Below, piece after piece: positions 1-15,438 of a stretch of 64,000 nucleotides of DNA (positions are counted from its first letter, which is position 1; the number at the start of each line of letters is the position of its first letter). The DNA comes from the human T2T-CHM13v2.0 reference genome, Homo sapiens: NCBI RefSeq assembly GCF_009914755.1, contig NC_060939.1. One strand, written 5' to 3'. Made by a program: the position numbers and the translations under genes. The notes beneath the pieces are model-generated. The model made no database searches, was not told the origin of the DNA, and saw nothing but the letters and a program-made list of their open reading frames with translations.

Positions 1-462
1 ATGTAACTCGGTGATAAAAGATAGTCTTCTCACAAATGCTGCCTGCACAATTGGATGTCTGAATGCAAAAAGATAAACCTAGACAATGACCTAACATCTT
101 AGACAAAAATTTACTCAAAGTTGATTGTATACTTATATGTAAAATATAAAGCTATAGAAATTCTAAAAGAAAAGAGAGAAGAATTCGTGTGACCTTACTT
201 TCTGTGATGAAGTTTTAGACAGAATGCCAAAAGCATGATCAATGAAGAAAAAATTTAATAGTTGGAACTTAATTTAAAACTTTTGCTTTTTGAAAGACAC
301 TGTTAAGAAAATGAAAAGATAAGCCATAGACTAGGAGATAATATTTTCAAACCACATATCTGACCCATATCCACATTATACAAAGAATTTTTAAAACTCA
401 ACCAACTGAACAAGCAACCCAGTTAAATTCTGGGCAAAAGATCCGAACAAAAACTCATCAAA

Positions 463-757
<295 letters not shown>

Positions 758-2751
758 ACTCCTCAAATAATATATATAGATGGCAAACAAGCAGATGGAA
801 AGCAACTCAACATAATTTCTCATTAAAGAAATAAAAATTAAAACAGCAATGGATTACTCCTGTACATATAACAGTTAAATTTTGTATTTAAAAAACTGGC
901 AATACCAGTTGCTTGTCAAGATTCAGAGTAACAGGAAGTTTCATTCATTGCTGGTGGAATACAAAATGTTACAGTCTTTTTTGAAGGACTCTAAGAGTTT
1001 CTTGGAAAGCTAAACAAAGTTTTATCATATAATCCAGCAACTGCAGTCCACACAGTTAGACTGTAAATAAAACTCTGCACACTGATGTTTATAGCAGCTT
1101 TATTCATAATCACCAACCTGGAAACTACCAAAATGTCCGTCAGCAAGTAAATGGATAAACAAACTGTGGTATATACATACAATGCAGAAGTACTATTCAG
1201 TGATTTAAAAGAAAAAAGAAATAACAATCCATGCAATTTAAAAAACCATGAATGACTCTTAAATGCAAACTGCTAAATAGAAGCAACCAGTCTGAAAATG
1301 CCACATATTGTATGATTCCATTTATATGATATCTTGAAAAAGGGAAACTTGTGGAGACAGAAAGCAGTTCAGTATTTAGGGGCCTAACAATTGGGGAGAA
1401 CCGAATATAAATATTTAAAGCACAGGGGATGTGTAGGGCTACGAAACTATTTTGTGTGGGACTTTATTGTTGGATATGTGACACTATCCACTTGTAAAAA
1501 CCCATAGAACTTTATAACACAAAGAGGAAACTTCTGTGCATACAAATGATATCAAAGTCAACTCGACTGGCAGGGAACACCAGAATTGAATGCAGACTGT
1601 AACAAAAGAATCAAAATATATTTAAAATGTATGCCATAACCTCCCTGAAGAGGATGTGGAGAAGAGTTGCTGACCTAAGCAAATCTGAATATGAGTGATG
1701 ACTATGAGATGAAAGACAAAATAAACTGCCATAAGCACTGTACTCTAGTTGGCAAAGTCGTTTCTCGTAGGAGTACAGGTTAACAATTCTAAAACTGTTG
1801 TATTTATATACAGGGGTTGAATAAATCAGTAGAAGGGTGGTGGCAAGGGAGCCAAGTTTCTCACTGTTGGTGTGGGTGGTTACAGATTAACAAAGAAGAC
1901 CTAGAAGAAGTTATATGTCCTAGATTAGAGTTGGTGACATCATTATGAACTCATGTTTTGCTTAATATCCATACAGATGGGTACACCTAGAAATAATTAT
2001 AGATGCATATGTGTAAATGTGTTAGTACACAGATGTGTGCTTTCTGCTGAGATGACTTAGGAGCAACAGCACCCTAGCAGCAACAAGCACACCTAGCACC
2101 TAGAACTTAGTTGTTGATTCCTTTTGCCAAAATATACAAGATAAGCCTGCAGTATCATGCAGTTCCAGAAGGCAAGAAAGTGCTCAAGCACAAAATGATA
2201 TGTTTTGTCAAGATAACACAGGAGCCATCCAGAATGACCTTTCAATGGGAATCAAATCTGAACAATTTGAGCAACAAAATAACGTAGTATTTGATTATAG
2301 CCAAAAGTATAAAATAAACATTCAAAAGTCCATCTTGATATACATAAGTGAGGAAATAAATAAATAAATGGGGGAAATAGCTCATTGGCTTGTGCAGAAT
2401 TTCAAATGATTTATATAGATACTCTCCCATCAAGGAAGTGGAGCATGACTCCCCACCCTTTTAGTTTGGACTTTGCATAGGGCATTCATTTCATGGCATA
2501 CGGTATGGAAAGGCTGGGGGCAGGTAAGCTCACAATGGAAAAACCTGGCAAACACCACGCCAGCCAGGTAATTCAGGGCAGCATCAGCAGCAACCAGTCC
2601 CAATGACCATGTGTATCCCTGACAGGATGGGAAGAGAGTGACAGCTCACCTCTGTGGTCTCCCGCCATACACCCCATAACCTCATTGTACTCATAAGTAA
2701 AGGAATCAGACAAACTCAAATTGAGGAACATCCTATAAAACATTTGTCTAA

Positions 2752-3061
<310 letters not shown>

Positions 3062-5544
3062 TCAAAACTGTCAAGGTCTTCAAAGACAAGGAAAGTCTAA
3101 GAAATTATGAAGTCTAACAGTGCCTAAGAAGACAAAGTGACTCAATGTAATGTGTTATCCTAAATGAGATTTTAAGATAGGAAAAGAACATTGTGTAAAA
3201 ACTAAGGTAACCCAAACAGCACATAGACTTAGTTAATAATAACGTATCAGTATTGGTTCATTGGTTGTGATGAATGTTTCAAACTAATGTTAGATGTTGG
3301 TAATAGGGGAAATTGGATGTAGACTATAAAAACCTCTCTAATATTTCAACTTTTCTGTAAATACTAAAGTGTGCTAAAATTAAAAGTTTATTTATAACAA
3401 TTAATTATTAGACAATGTAATAAGTGCCACGCTAGACATATAGGATATTAGGGAAGCGCAGAAGAGTGGCAGCTAACCAAGACTTTTTATCAACTCAAAT
3501 TATTTTGGAAATAAAGTTTCAGACATTTACATCCAATTTTAAAACATACATTTCCATAAAGAGTTGATTTGCTCATTATAAGCAAATCATATTTGTAACA
3601 TTACAAATTGATCTATGTCATATTAGGAGCGTAATCTGCCATAACTCTTCATTTTTCTTTTATAAACATTTTTATTATAAAATATACCAACAAAAAAGAA
3701 ACAGGCTATACAGTTCAATGATTGCATCTTGTAGTAAACCTCTGCATGAGACTTCCCCCCTACTCCAGTTTGCCCTCCAGGAGAGCCTTGGAGGAACGCT
3801 CCAGGCAGGTCCGCCTCTCTCTGCAAACCAAGCCCTGTGCTGAGGTGGAGGGGAGCAGCCGCGTGGCCGTTTCCACCCCAGCCCCCGGCACAGGCACAGG
3901 CGGCTCTCTGTCACTCACTTGCTCTTTGTCACTTTTCTCTATCCCCACCAGTACTTCAAATACCATCTCCTGCACCTGCTCTCCCTTTCAGTGGATTCAA
4001 ATGAACCTTCAGATCCCCATTCCCAATCCAAGCCCTCCCAGATGCCACACTGGTTCCCGTGTTGAATCTGCCCGCAGGGAGAAGCAAGAGAGAGAACGTT
4101 GCCATCTGTGTTCGGGTCGCCCTATTCTAAGGATCCTTCTAGAATCTTTCTTTTTTACTTCTCAAAGGTTGGAAGCATATATTTTTATTTTATAGAGTGC
4201 CTTATGTAGTGAGTAAGCAGGTGCCACATTTGTTAGCAACAATTAACTTAATTTGGAGGGAACAACAACTAAAATGGTTGCTCTCTCTCTCTCTCTCATA
4301 TATTTATTTTGAGGAACAACTTCCTTGCTGCCCACACTTTCTTCAAGTCCAACTCTGCACATACGGCTTAATTAGCAAAGCCACAGCATTACTTTCCTCC
4401 TGGAATCTTCAGTTTTCTCCTTCAGGGTAAAATAAACTCATTCTGAAATTATACACCTTCAGAATCCCTCCTCGGCGCACCATACAAACTTCAGCTTACA
4501 GCTAGATGTGTCATCTCCTTCTGACCCACCAGGTGCTGGTATTGAAATACCAAACATGGGCACAGCTGCAATCAAACGGTCTCCCATTTTACAGTTTAAA
4601 TTTTTTTTTCAAAAGCTTTTTCTTAAAATAGCATGTTAAATAAGAAACTAATAGTATTACATGTAATAGCAGTACCTAAAATCTAGGTAATCTTTTCTAT
4701 GTGAAAGAAAAGATTCTTCAGTGTGAAGAACTACGGAGTCTTATTGAATATTCTCTCCTTTGCACAGTTGACTATTGTGAAGAGAGATTAAAATTCCCAA
4801 GAGTACTAGGAAAGACTTCCCATTTTAATGCTATAGTAGAAAGATGGCTGCTCTTTAATTTATATGAAACACTTTTATATTCACTCATTCGTTATTTTAT
4901 TTTTTTAAAGTTTATTGAAAACTTACTCTGTGCTATACACTATGAAGTGCATGAAGAGATAGCAAAGAACGTCACAACATCGTTTCTTTCCTCAAGTAAT
5001 TTACAACACTATAAGTAAGACAGATGATGTACAGCAATTGAGTGAATACAATATGACCAGGCAATAACATAGGCAGCATATCTCTGGTTTCCTTGGGAAA
5101 TCCTAATTAGATTTGTATTCCTTCTAACAAAAATTCTAAGCCTCCTGAAACTTGCCAAATGATTCAAGTTATGGTCAAATAGTAAGAACAAAATTTTCAG
5201 ACCTTCTGAAAACATCCCTTTGGTTGAATAACATTTGCCTCTAAAGCAAACCACCTTGGGTGAAAAAAAAAACCCGATTAATAGGATTAATAAATAACCT
5301 TGCTTTCTGTTTCTATCTCCGGAATAGTACTTGAGTTTTAGATCATTACATTAAAAGTCAAACAAAATTTGCTCAGCAAGTAAACATGATGATTGTCAAA
5401 GGAAACAACTGTGTTTCCAAATGGCCCATTTTGTGGCTTCCTACTTAACCCACTAATGCTGGTTCTCATCATGCTGCTTTTCTCCTACCAACTAAGTTGC
5501 TTTAGTCCCGTTTTAAATAAGTCCATGGAGATTACTTGGAATCA

Positions 5545-5795
5545 TTTTAAATTATATTGTTCAACAGCAGAGTGGAGTGACTATGGTTAACAACAATGTA
5601 CTGTATATTTCAAAATTGCTGCGAGAGGACTTGAACTGTTCCCAGCACATAGAAATGGTAAATACTCAAAGTGATGGCCACCTCAAATACCCTGACATCA
5701 TCATTACAAATTCCATGCATGTAACAAAATACCACACGCACCCTATAAATAGGTAAAACATTATGAATGTATCAAAAATTTAAAATGTAAAAATA
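5545..5795 (+). mobile_element. L1MA 3' end fragment
   Basis: gtgactatggttaacaacaatgtactgtatatttcaaaattgct...tccatgcatgtaacaaaataccaca, typical of the L1MA 3'UTR. Confidence 0.8.
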
Positions 5796-7717
5796 CAGCT
5801 TATGAATCTTATCCCTTCATTTATACCTCCTCCAATCAAGTGTCACTGTATCCAGTTGTGATGACACAATGGAGCAGTGACTCACAGAATATGATTATTT
5901 CCTTTCTAGGTATAAAAAGACAATCTACTGTGAAGACCTTAGATGTCTCCATCCTCCTGCTCCAGAAGTTCCATCAGGTTCTTTCAGGCTCTAGAATGGG
6001 AATGTCTCTCTGTGGTATGCAAGCAATGCCTCCACTAACTGACTGCCCAGGCTATGAAGTCGAGACCATGAAGATCACCATTCTACACTCCGTGTCCCCT
6101 GCTTTCTCTGTGAAAATGTTTCAGCAGAGACATGGTGAATAAATTATTTTTCTTGTATTCTGCTCCCTTGGATGCAAAAATACAACAAAATAGTTTTGGT
6201 AATGCTAGCAGAAGTGAGGAAAAAGAAAAAGAAAGAAAATTTATAGACATACAAATGAAATAACTGTTCTCTGTGCCTCAAAATTGCCTTGAGTCTTAAT
6301 TGTTATTGAACTACTTAAAAGGCTTGAATGCAAACATAGAGGCAATCTTTTATAAGCATCATCAAAGGGCCTCCTACACAGCTCAATTTACTAGTGCATT
6401 TGTAAAATGTCCAAAGGGGTATGCAGAAGTCATCATTAAGCCAATAAAAATAGACCTCAATCTAATGAAATAATCATTTTAGTGCTGTAAGTGATTTAGT
6501 TATAACTGAGGTCCATACACATGTTAATCTATGTTTAGGTCTTCCTATGCCTTTGTTTTTTTCATTTCCATGTAGAAAATTTTAAATTTTCTCAGGTTCA
6601 ATGTAAAATCTCATTTGCATATATTACCGTAAAGATAGAATGGGTAATTCCACTATGATAGTGTGATACAATTGAACGTCCAGGTTTCAGACACTTCCTT
6701 AATCCACAGAAGCAGAATTCCTCTAGTTTCTGATATTAAGTAGCATAAAGCTGCAAAATGTTTTTCAGACACCATAATTACAAAATAAAGCTCCTGAATG
6801 CTTAGCCTTTCCTTTGGTGATTTATTTGCCATTCTACTTTCTTCACAGTAGTAAAATTAAACCTGTGAACTGTTTTATCACAACCCTTCAGCTATGAAAG
6901 CCCTGAGCCACTGAGTCTGAATGTGAGTCCAGGAGATGTGAGTAATTGGTATAGCCTTACCCAGGGGAAGCTGAAGGGAAGGAATGAGCAGAAAGACTAT
7001 TTAATTGCAGATCTGTTTTAGGAACTGTTTAATTGCAGTTCTGCTTTAAAACCAATTTTCTCCCTTCTCCTGCCTTTCCTAGTACTGCAAGTTAAACTGC
7101 CCATAGTCAGACATTTTATACCTAGCAACCTCAAAGGGTTGCACATTTTCATAAAATGGAATCTAGAAATACCATCAGCTAACAGAATAAAATGCCAGTG
7201 GAAGTTTTTCATCTTCCTGTGGGCTAGGAAAAAAATCATAAGCAATACATTTCATTCTAAACCTACAGGGGATTTTGAGACCAGATTTATAGTGCTCATG
7301 TAACACAAGAATTGCAAAGTGAGCAAATGGCATAAAGGCTGGAGATTAGCCAGCTGATCATTTAGAGTTCTGGCAAAATTAAATCAAGCCATGCTATAAG
7401 GAAACTTCCAAAATTCAGGAAAAACAACTGCTGCCCAAAACAATAGCCATGAACCCAAGGAAAGTAACAGTGGAATCACACACCCAGGAAGTGAAAGAAC
7501 AGGACAATCTGTAGACAGTAGTAAAATGAGTTGTGTTAAAATGGTTAAGGAGTATTCCAGATAGAAGACAGGAGCATAAAGCAGTTTCTATTTTTTATTA
7601 TCTGGGAATTTCTTAAAAGTGATAAGGAGATCAAGAAGCAAAGTCACAATCTCTGCCTTCAAAGAAGGAGCAAAACCTGAACACCAGAAAATATGCTGAG
7701 GAGCAGCCAGGAGCGAA

Positions 7718-7775
7718 GACAGAGGGAAGGCGGTCAGACAGAGGGAAGGCGGTCAGACCGACGGAGGGAAGGCGT
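7718..7775 (+). repeat. 19-bp minisatellite (gacagagggaaggcggtca), about 3 copies
   Basis: Seen directly in the sequence. Confidence 0.85.
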
Positions 7776-9085
7776 GGAGGCGGGCCTTGAGCTACAGAGC
7801 TGCAGAGACGTTTGTAGAGTGCCTGTCTCGGTGACAAGGGTGAAACACCTAAACCTACGTCTGCCCAGCTGGGATGGAAGCACAGGCTGCCAGCAAGAAC
7901 TGTCCTGGGCTTAATATGAGGAGAGGAAGAAATCTAAATAGGGAGGCACAGAGAAAGTCCCCTTAGCAGGTGAGAAGAGACACTCTTAGTATCAGTATCA
8001 TAGGTGTCTATTCCTACTAGCTTGGAGGAAATAAAGACTACAATCTCACATGCACAAACAAACAAACAACAATAATAAGGTAATAAGGACAATCCCTGCT
8101 AGACTGAAATACAATTCTGTTTCCTCTCCTTTGTGTTGTACCCTGGGAATAGGCCCTGCAAATGTGGCCCTTCCTCAAATATGGGCAAGCATAGAGGTCC
8201 TAGAAAATAATCTACACAGATGTTCTACAAGAACGAGAGAGGCGGTGGGGAGGAACTGGGCCACCAAATGGCAGTTGAAAAATCTCACCAAAAAAATGTT
8301 TCCACAGAATTAATAATAATTATGAAACATAAGCTCTGAAGTTTAAAAGCAGAGTGAATTAATCACCTCTATCTTGCAAGAGCACAGAACAAATTTTTTT
8401 TTAAAGTTCAGCAAAGAAATGGAAAGAAAACAAAACGATATGCAGTGTTAAGTTGGCAGCACTCATTTAAGAAGTTTTAAAAAGAAACTAAATTTATCCC
8501 ATAAAGGAAAATGAAACTGGCGAATGCAAAACAGAGTCGCTGCTAAAAATGCAGAGCAAGGCTCAGCAAGCACAGCCTGGGGAGCAAATCCACTCGCCCA
8601 GCTGCTGTGGGGCCCATGAGCAATGAATGGCTTCAAATCATTCATAAAAACAAATAAAAAACAAAGAGAAATGCATGCAGAGACCGCACGTGTCTACAAA
8701 GCCTACATTTACCCACCAACCCTTTACAGACAATGTCGCCTCCCTTGACACAGAGAACAGAAATGAGGAAAGCAAACCAATGAAGTGTAAATGAACAGAT
8801 TAAAAAGATTAGAACAAATAATAAATATGACACTTAGGGACTAAATATGTTCATCAATAAAGTCATGCTAAAAAAATACATGAAACTAAACAAATACTAA
8901 AAGAAATAATTCAAGAGAAATAAAATGCGTGTCTACAAATTAAAGGATACACCTTGTCCAGGAAAAATAATAACCTAGAAAAGTCCATCTTAAGATAGAT
9001 AAAATCAATGCTATGCAAATTCAAAGATAAGAAGCTTCTAAACAGAGAAGTTAAAGCAAAGAAAAACAAAGCAAAACCTCAGACT

Positions 9086-9512
9086 TCCATAGCAACAGTG
9101 GGGCAGAGTGAAGAAATACCTGCAGAATTTCTAAAAAATATAACCCAGACAGTTTCTGTCCAGCAAACTGTCCATAGCAACAGCGAGGCAGAGTGAAGAA
9201 ACACCTGCAGAATTTCTAAAAAATATAACCCAGACAGTTTCTATCCAGCAAACTGTCCATAGCAACAGTGGGGCAGAGTGAAGAAACACCTGCAGAATTT
9301 CTAAAAAATACAACTCAGACAGTTTCTGTCCAGCAAACTGTCCATAGCAACAGCGAGGCAGAGTGAAGAAACACCTGCAGAATTTCTAAAAAATATAACC
9401 CAGACAGTTTCTATCCAGCAAACTGTCCATAGCAACAGTGGGGCAGAGTGAAGAAACACCTGCAGAATTTCTAAAAAATATAACTCAGACAGTTTCTATC
9501 CAGCAAGCTGTC
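9086..9512 (+). repeat. 85-bp VNTR, 5 copies
   Basis: Unit tccatagcaacag...cagcaaactg starts at 9086, 9171, 9256, 9341 and 9426. Confidence 0.98.
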
Positions 9513-9932
9513 TTTCAAATATAAAGGTAAACTACTCTGGGAAATAGTATTTTCTTGAGTACTTTTTGAGTGTTATACCCAAGAGATAACTTGAAAAATT
9601 AGGGCAAAAAGACAGGCATGGGCATTGAATAGAATATATTAATATTTATGATACTGAGATAAAAACAATTGTAATAAGGGTTATGGTTCTAGAACACAAC
9701 ACAATGTTCTTAACCTTAATAGTGTAGAAATAATATAATTAACAAAAGTGATGAGGGAAAGGAGCAAAGAACATGGAATGTAGTATGGCTTCCTCACTTT
9801 TAATAGTCAGCTGATAAAACAATAATAGAGTCATAAATATAGTTGAGAGTAAAAAATATAGCAAATATGTGTTTAAACCAGCAAAATAGATGATGGGAGT
9901 AAAGGAAGAAATTGCTACATGTTTTCTAAGGG

Positions 9933-10141
9933 AATATTTCTTAACCAAGAATACTACTCCCTTAGAGAAATTTGATTATACACAGGGATGTTTTTGATAA
10001 TCACAATAACTGGGGTTTAGTACTGACATTTACTGGTGAAGGAAAAGAATGCTAAATATCTTGCAATGCATGTGACATTCTTGCACAATGACAAATGTTT
10101 CTTTCCATAAAAGCCAGTAGGACTCCTATTAAGAAACACCA
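9933..10141 (+). mobile_element. MER20-like hAT-Charlie MITE
   Basis: Similarity to recalled MER20 (tcacaataactgggg...tactgacatttactgg...gaatgctaaatatcttgcaatgca...ttaagaaacac). Confidence 0.65.
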
Positions 10142-10957
10142 AATTAAAGAAGTAAGAACCTAATGATAGTATGTTTCCAAGTAATAATTAGCTAATCACT
10201 ACAACAAAAATTCATATCTCCTATTTATCAGAAATAGGACACATATACACATAAAAATAACTTCAAAGAAAACATGGACTTAAATAAATGAGCAAAGGTA
10301 TTCCAGGAAAATAAAAAGAAAGCAAGGGATAGTTTTTATTTTTTTATTCTAATACTTTAAATACTTGAATACGATTTAAAAAGAACACTGAAGTGAAACA
10401 AAGGCAACACTTCATAGTGCTAGACTGTGCGATTTACAGTGAAGATTAATAGTCATGAGCCAAACAACATTCATTAATGTTCATAGTTCAAAAACTATAG
10501 AAGATATAAAGTGAAATAGAAAAAAATTAAAAATAAGTGACTGTATTTTGCTTCTTTCAATGAATAGCTGTTCAAGTGGATTAAAAAAGGTAATTATAGA
10601 AGACCTAAATCAGATAATTAGGTAGTTATTATTGCTATGTGATTAATGCTTTATCCTGTAAACACAAATAAGCTTTTTTTTCAAATGCTCATGAAACTGT
10701 CAGAAAACATGCAAATAGTAGGCCACAAACAAATGAACCTCAATAAATTCTAAAAGTAGAAATGGCAAAGACATTTTCTGATTACAAAACGATAAAATGA
10801 TAGTTTAACTTTCAGTGCCCCCCCAACCCTGTCAAAAAAAAGGCCACCATCAATGGAAAAAGAAAATCCTCTCTTAAACTCATGGGATAAAGATAAAATC
10901 TAATTCAAAATTTCAGAATATGTAGAATGGAATAATACTAAAATCAGAAAATGGTCA

Positions 10958-13900
10958 AGACTTCTGCTATTACCTATAATGGAGTAACTTATACTAGACT
11001 TACTCTACATGAAAAACAACCAGAAAACCCGAAAAAAAATATGAAAGAAAGTAAACTTTAGATGCGAGCTCATGATCAGTCCAGTTTTCTGCCTGGGGAC
11101 AAATTTCTGAACCTGGTGCAAAAGCTAAAATCCAAGCAAAGCATGTTAGTTATGCTGAATGGAGGATGCAAGAATCAGAATAGAGGCAGACACCGGACAC
11201 AGTAGTGAGAAGATGGAACTACACAAGGGAATGGTGAAAGGCCTGTGTGAAGGTCATTATGAGTCCTTGGTTGAAAGCTGGGATATACAAGATATCCCGA
11301 GGCTACCAGAGAGCAGTTGCTATGGGACTGAAAAAGTAATGGTGATACTATGAGTCTAGCAATGTTGGAAGATATTGGAGTTCTGGCACAGCCTCAATGC
11401 AGTGACCTTGTCAATATTTTGCTAATATACTGATCATCAAGCAGTAACATCAGCAAGTAAATGCCTTAAGATAAGGAACATAGTTTGAAGACTGCTCTAG
11501 AGTCTGAAACCATCTTAACAAAATGTAATAATGAAATGGACAAGATCCATAAGGGAGACGATTTGGAGGCTGAATTCCATCAAGATAAGGGAATTTTGGA
11601 AATACTTCAGGGAAATTCTTTAGTCTTTCCACAGGTTTTCTACTAACAAAGCATAAAACTAAGTCAACAAAAGTTTGAGGATACCAGCCAGTAACTGAAC
11701 TGCTTTGTAATTCAACATAAAAATTCTTGAAAGAATTTTCTTAAAAAATTAGAGTCTACAACATATGCAAAATATCTGGCTATAATTAACAATTACTAGC
11801 AATGCAAAGAAACAGAAATATGTAGCCCATAGTAAAATAGCAAATAAATAAAGCAGTCAGTAGAAATGGTCCTGAGATCATCTCAGGAAAGAAATGAATA
11901 TTATGAAAAAAATACCTATTTAAACTTCTTCAATCAAAAAAGACAATATTTAAAATTTTTTAAAAATTCATTTAATAAACTTAACCACAGGTTGGGGATA
12001 ACAAAAAAAAGTCAATAAATTTGAATACAGATGAATGGAAAACCTTTCATTCTGAAGAAGAGAGAAGTTGAAGAAAAAAAGAGCAGAACCTAGGGACATG
12101 TAAAACAATAGAAACAGTATAGCATACAATGTCACTTTCTGAGCTATTTTCATTATTTTCTCATTTGGGGCTTATGTTTTCATGTAAGCAAGAAGGAAGG
12201 AAGGAAAGAAAGAAAAAAGAGAGAAAGCAAAAGAAAGAGAGAGAATAAGAAAGGAGAGAGAGAAGAAGGAAAGAAAGAAGAGAAAAGGAGAAAATCTTGA
12301 AATTACCAGGGAGAAAACATGCATCAAAGGAATCACAGCTGACTTCTTCTTAGAAGCAATGGAAGCTAGGAAACAATAGAATAACTTATTTAACCTATTA
12401 AAGAAAAGTGATCATTAACTCAGAATTCCATATCCAATTAAAATATCCTTCAGAAACAAAAAGAAAATAGAGAAATTTTCAGATAAATGGAAGTTGACAA
12501 AATACATTACCAGCAAACCTGGTACAAAAAAAAAATGCTAAGAGAGATTTTTCAGGAAGAAGAAAAACTTCAATCTGCAGGAAGGAAAAAAAGAGTACTG
12601 GAAATGGGAAACAATAAGTTAAATCAATATAAAATGACAACTTTTTCTTATAATTTTCTTAAAAGACAACTGACAATTGAAATCAAATCCATAACAATGT
12701 TAGGACAGGCTTCTAGTGAATATTGAATAAAAATTATAGGAAAAAAATAGAAGAAAAAACAAGAAAGGAAGAAAGTGAATGGAATTACACCATTTTATGA
12801 TTACCAGATTATAAAATAGGAACAATATGGTGTAAACTGGGTAGAAGTGAAGTGAGACGTGGAAAGCAGGGATAGAACAATGTTAGGAAAAAAAAGTAAG
12901 AAAACATAGAAAGTGTAAAGTCCCAGGTATAAAATGAGAGAGAGCACAATATAGACATTAATTATACACTTTGGCAAATTGTTTGCCATTAGAAAAAAAT
13001 AGTAAATGGATGTACAGCTAAGAAGCTACAAAAATAATGGATTAACCAGAGAAGTTAGAAAAGCATCAATAAAGGAACAAAAAGAGAAAGGAAAATAGAA
13101 AACGAATGACAAAATATGAGAATTAAATGTACCCATATCAGTAACAACATTAAATGTCAATGGACAAAAATCGAAGTAAAAGGCTGGGGTTGTCGTACTG
13201 GATAAAAATGCAAGATCCAATGATTAAAATTTATATGAAATACACCTTAAATATAAATACACAAAATGGTTAAAATAAAAAGAATGAGAAATATATACCA
13301 TGTATACAGAAACCATAAGAAAGCTTATATAGGTTATTATACTTGTATCAGACAAAATACACTTTAGGACAAAGAATATTCAAAGAAATGAAAATTGATA
13401 TTTCCTAATGATAAAAGGGGCATTTCATCAAAAATGTATAAAATTATAAATATTTATTAAGCAAATAACAGAGTTTTAAAAATTATAAACTAAAGTGAGA
13501 TACAAGCAGGTCCACAATCATAGATGCATATTTAAATACCTCTTTCTTAATCATTGATAAAACAAATAGAAAAAATGAAGCAATAAGTATATAGGAGACT
13601 TGTATAGCACTATCAACTAAGTTGACCTAATTTACATTTACAGAAGAGTACAACCAACTCTTGCAGAAAACACAGTTTTTTCATGTGTACGTGGAGCATT
13701 AACCAAAACCAACCTTTGTCAAGGCATAAAATATATCACAATAAACACCAAATAAATGAAATTTAAGGAATATGTTATCTGACCACAACTAGACACTAAA
13801 GACAAGTAAGATTAAATCAGGTAGCTAAAAGTATCCCTATACTTGGAAATTAAAACTCTCTCTCTCTGACACACACACACGCGTGCACACATTTCTAAAT

Positions 13901-13990
13901 AACCCTTATTCCAAAAAGAATTCACAAGGGAAAACTATTTCAAACTGAATGATTATCAAAGAACAGTATATCAAAGTTAGTGGGATGCAG
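10958..13990 (+). mobile_element. Old L1M element: 5' region, ORF1 and ORF2 endonuclease region (degenerate); probably resumes near 15860-16060
   Basis: ORF1 motifs (cagctgacttcttcttagaagcaatggaagctagg; agaattccatatccaattaaaatatccttca) and ORF2 start motifs (acattaaatgtcaatggac; tatcagacaaaatacacttta; ttatctgaccacaac). Confidence 0.75.
12188..12292 (+). repeat. GA-rich low-complexity tract
   Basis: Purine-dominated (GAAA/GGAA)n run. Confidence 0.9.
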
Positions 13991-14010
13991 CTTGGGGTAA
14001 CTTTGCAACC

Positions 14011-14487
14011 TGTAAGGTGTCTACCTTGATCAGAATTTCCTTCCCTGTATGTTTCTCCTTAGTCAACACGGGCACAAAAGAAGCACCCTTTTGGTGGCTC
14101 AGGCCTGCTGTTGCTGATATGCAGAGGCACCTCATTGTCCTGAAGCAGCACTGGGCCAGCAATTGCTTTCCCTTCCCTAGGTGGTCCTCCAGCTTCTCTG
14201 ACTCCTGCACCAAATGTGTATTCAGCTCCATGACAAAGTGCCCTGGCTTCTGCAGGACAGTACCCATGATGAACAAAAACAGAAAGAACAGACTGGGGTT
14301 CGGGTCATCCTCATGGGGCCCCGGCCTGTGCCTGTTGTTTCAGCTTGCTCTTGAGCTCTCCCACTGACACCCAACTCCCTTTGTGGACCGGCTGCCTGCC
14401 TGCCTGCCTGCCCTTTGGAATGCAGGCTCCAGCATCAGATCAGAAGTGATGCTGTTTAACCAGCTCCCACGACAGAGTATGGTCAAA

Positions 14488-14564
<77 letters not shown>

Positions 14565-14630
14565 GAGATGTCTGTGTGTGCTGTGCATGTATTTTCTAGT
14601 GGTTATGCCTCTATGATTGAACTCTGTTTA
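14011..14630 (+). mobile_element. ERVL solo LTR, MLT2E/F-like, containing a (CA)n(GA)n microsatellite at 14489-14568
   Basis: Start resembles MLT2 (cagaatttccttccctgtatgtttc) and end resembles MLT2 (ggttatgcctctatgattgaactctg). The microsatellite sits at the usual MLT2 position. Confidence 0.6.
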
Positions 14631-14844
14631 AAAGAAAATGTACAGTTTAGTTGCTCGTATTAGAAAATAAAGTAAGGCTGTTGTCATTGTCAGTGGTGAT
14701 GGTGGTTTGGGGCTTACATCAACAAAGTCTCTTTAACGCCATGTTACATGTTGGCTGTGGTCTGTTGGAGGCTGCACATCTGATTCATGTCTGCTCACTC
14801 TGGGACCAGGCTGAAGTAAGTAACGTGATTAAAAAGCCCCTCCT

Positions 14845-15438
<594 letters not shown>

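Larger units (their letters stand above)
7300..10950 (+). mobile_element. Very old L1 (L1M) remnant: 5' region, ORF1 and start of ORF2 endonuclease
   Basis: A-rich degenerate L1 motifs (tatccagcaagctgtctttcaaatataaagg; cctcaataaattctaaaagtagaaat; ttttctgattacaaaacgataaaa). Boundaries approximate. Confidence 0.55.

Noticed and set aside
1930-2600. Similarity to 54440-55150 as a possible segmental duplication
   Set aside because: Divergence is high; both are independent copies of an L1MC/MD 3'UTR.
3722-4195. 157-aa ORF and opposite-strand 71-aa ORF
   Set aside because: No recognisable domain, non-ATG starts, and no supporting exon chain.
9086-9512. Regularly spaced repeats suggesting a CRISPR-like array
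   Set aside because: The units are head-to-tail with no unique spacers, derive from L1, and lie in primate DNA.
13977-14367. 99-aa and 116-aa ORFs that looked like a pseudogene fragment
   Set aside because: The region fits an MLT2-type LTR, and I recognise no protein homology.
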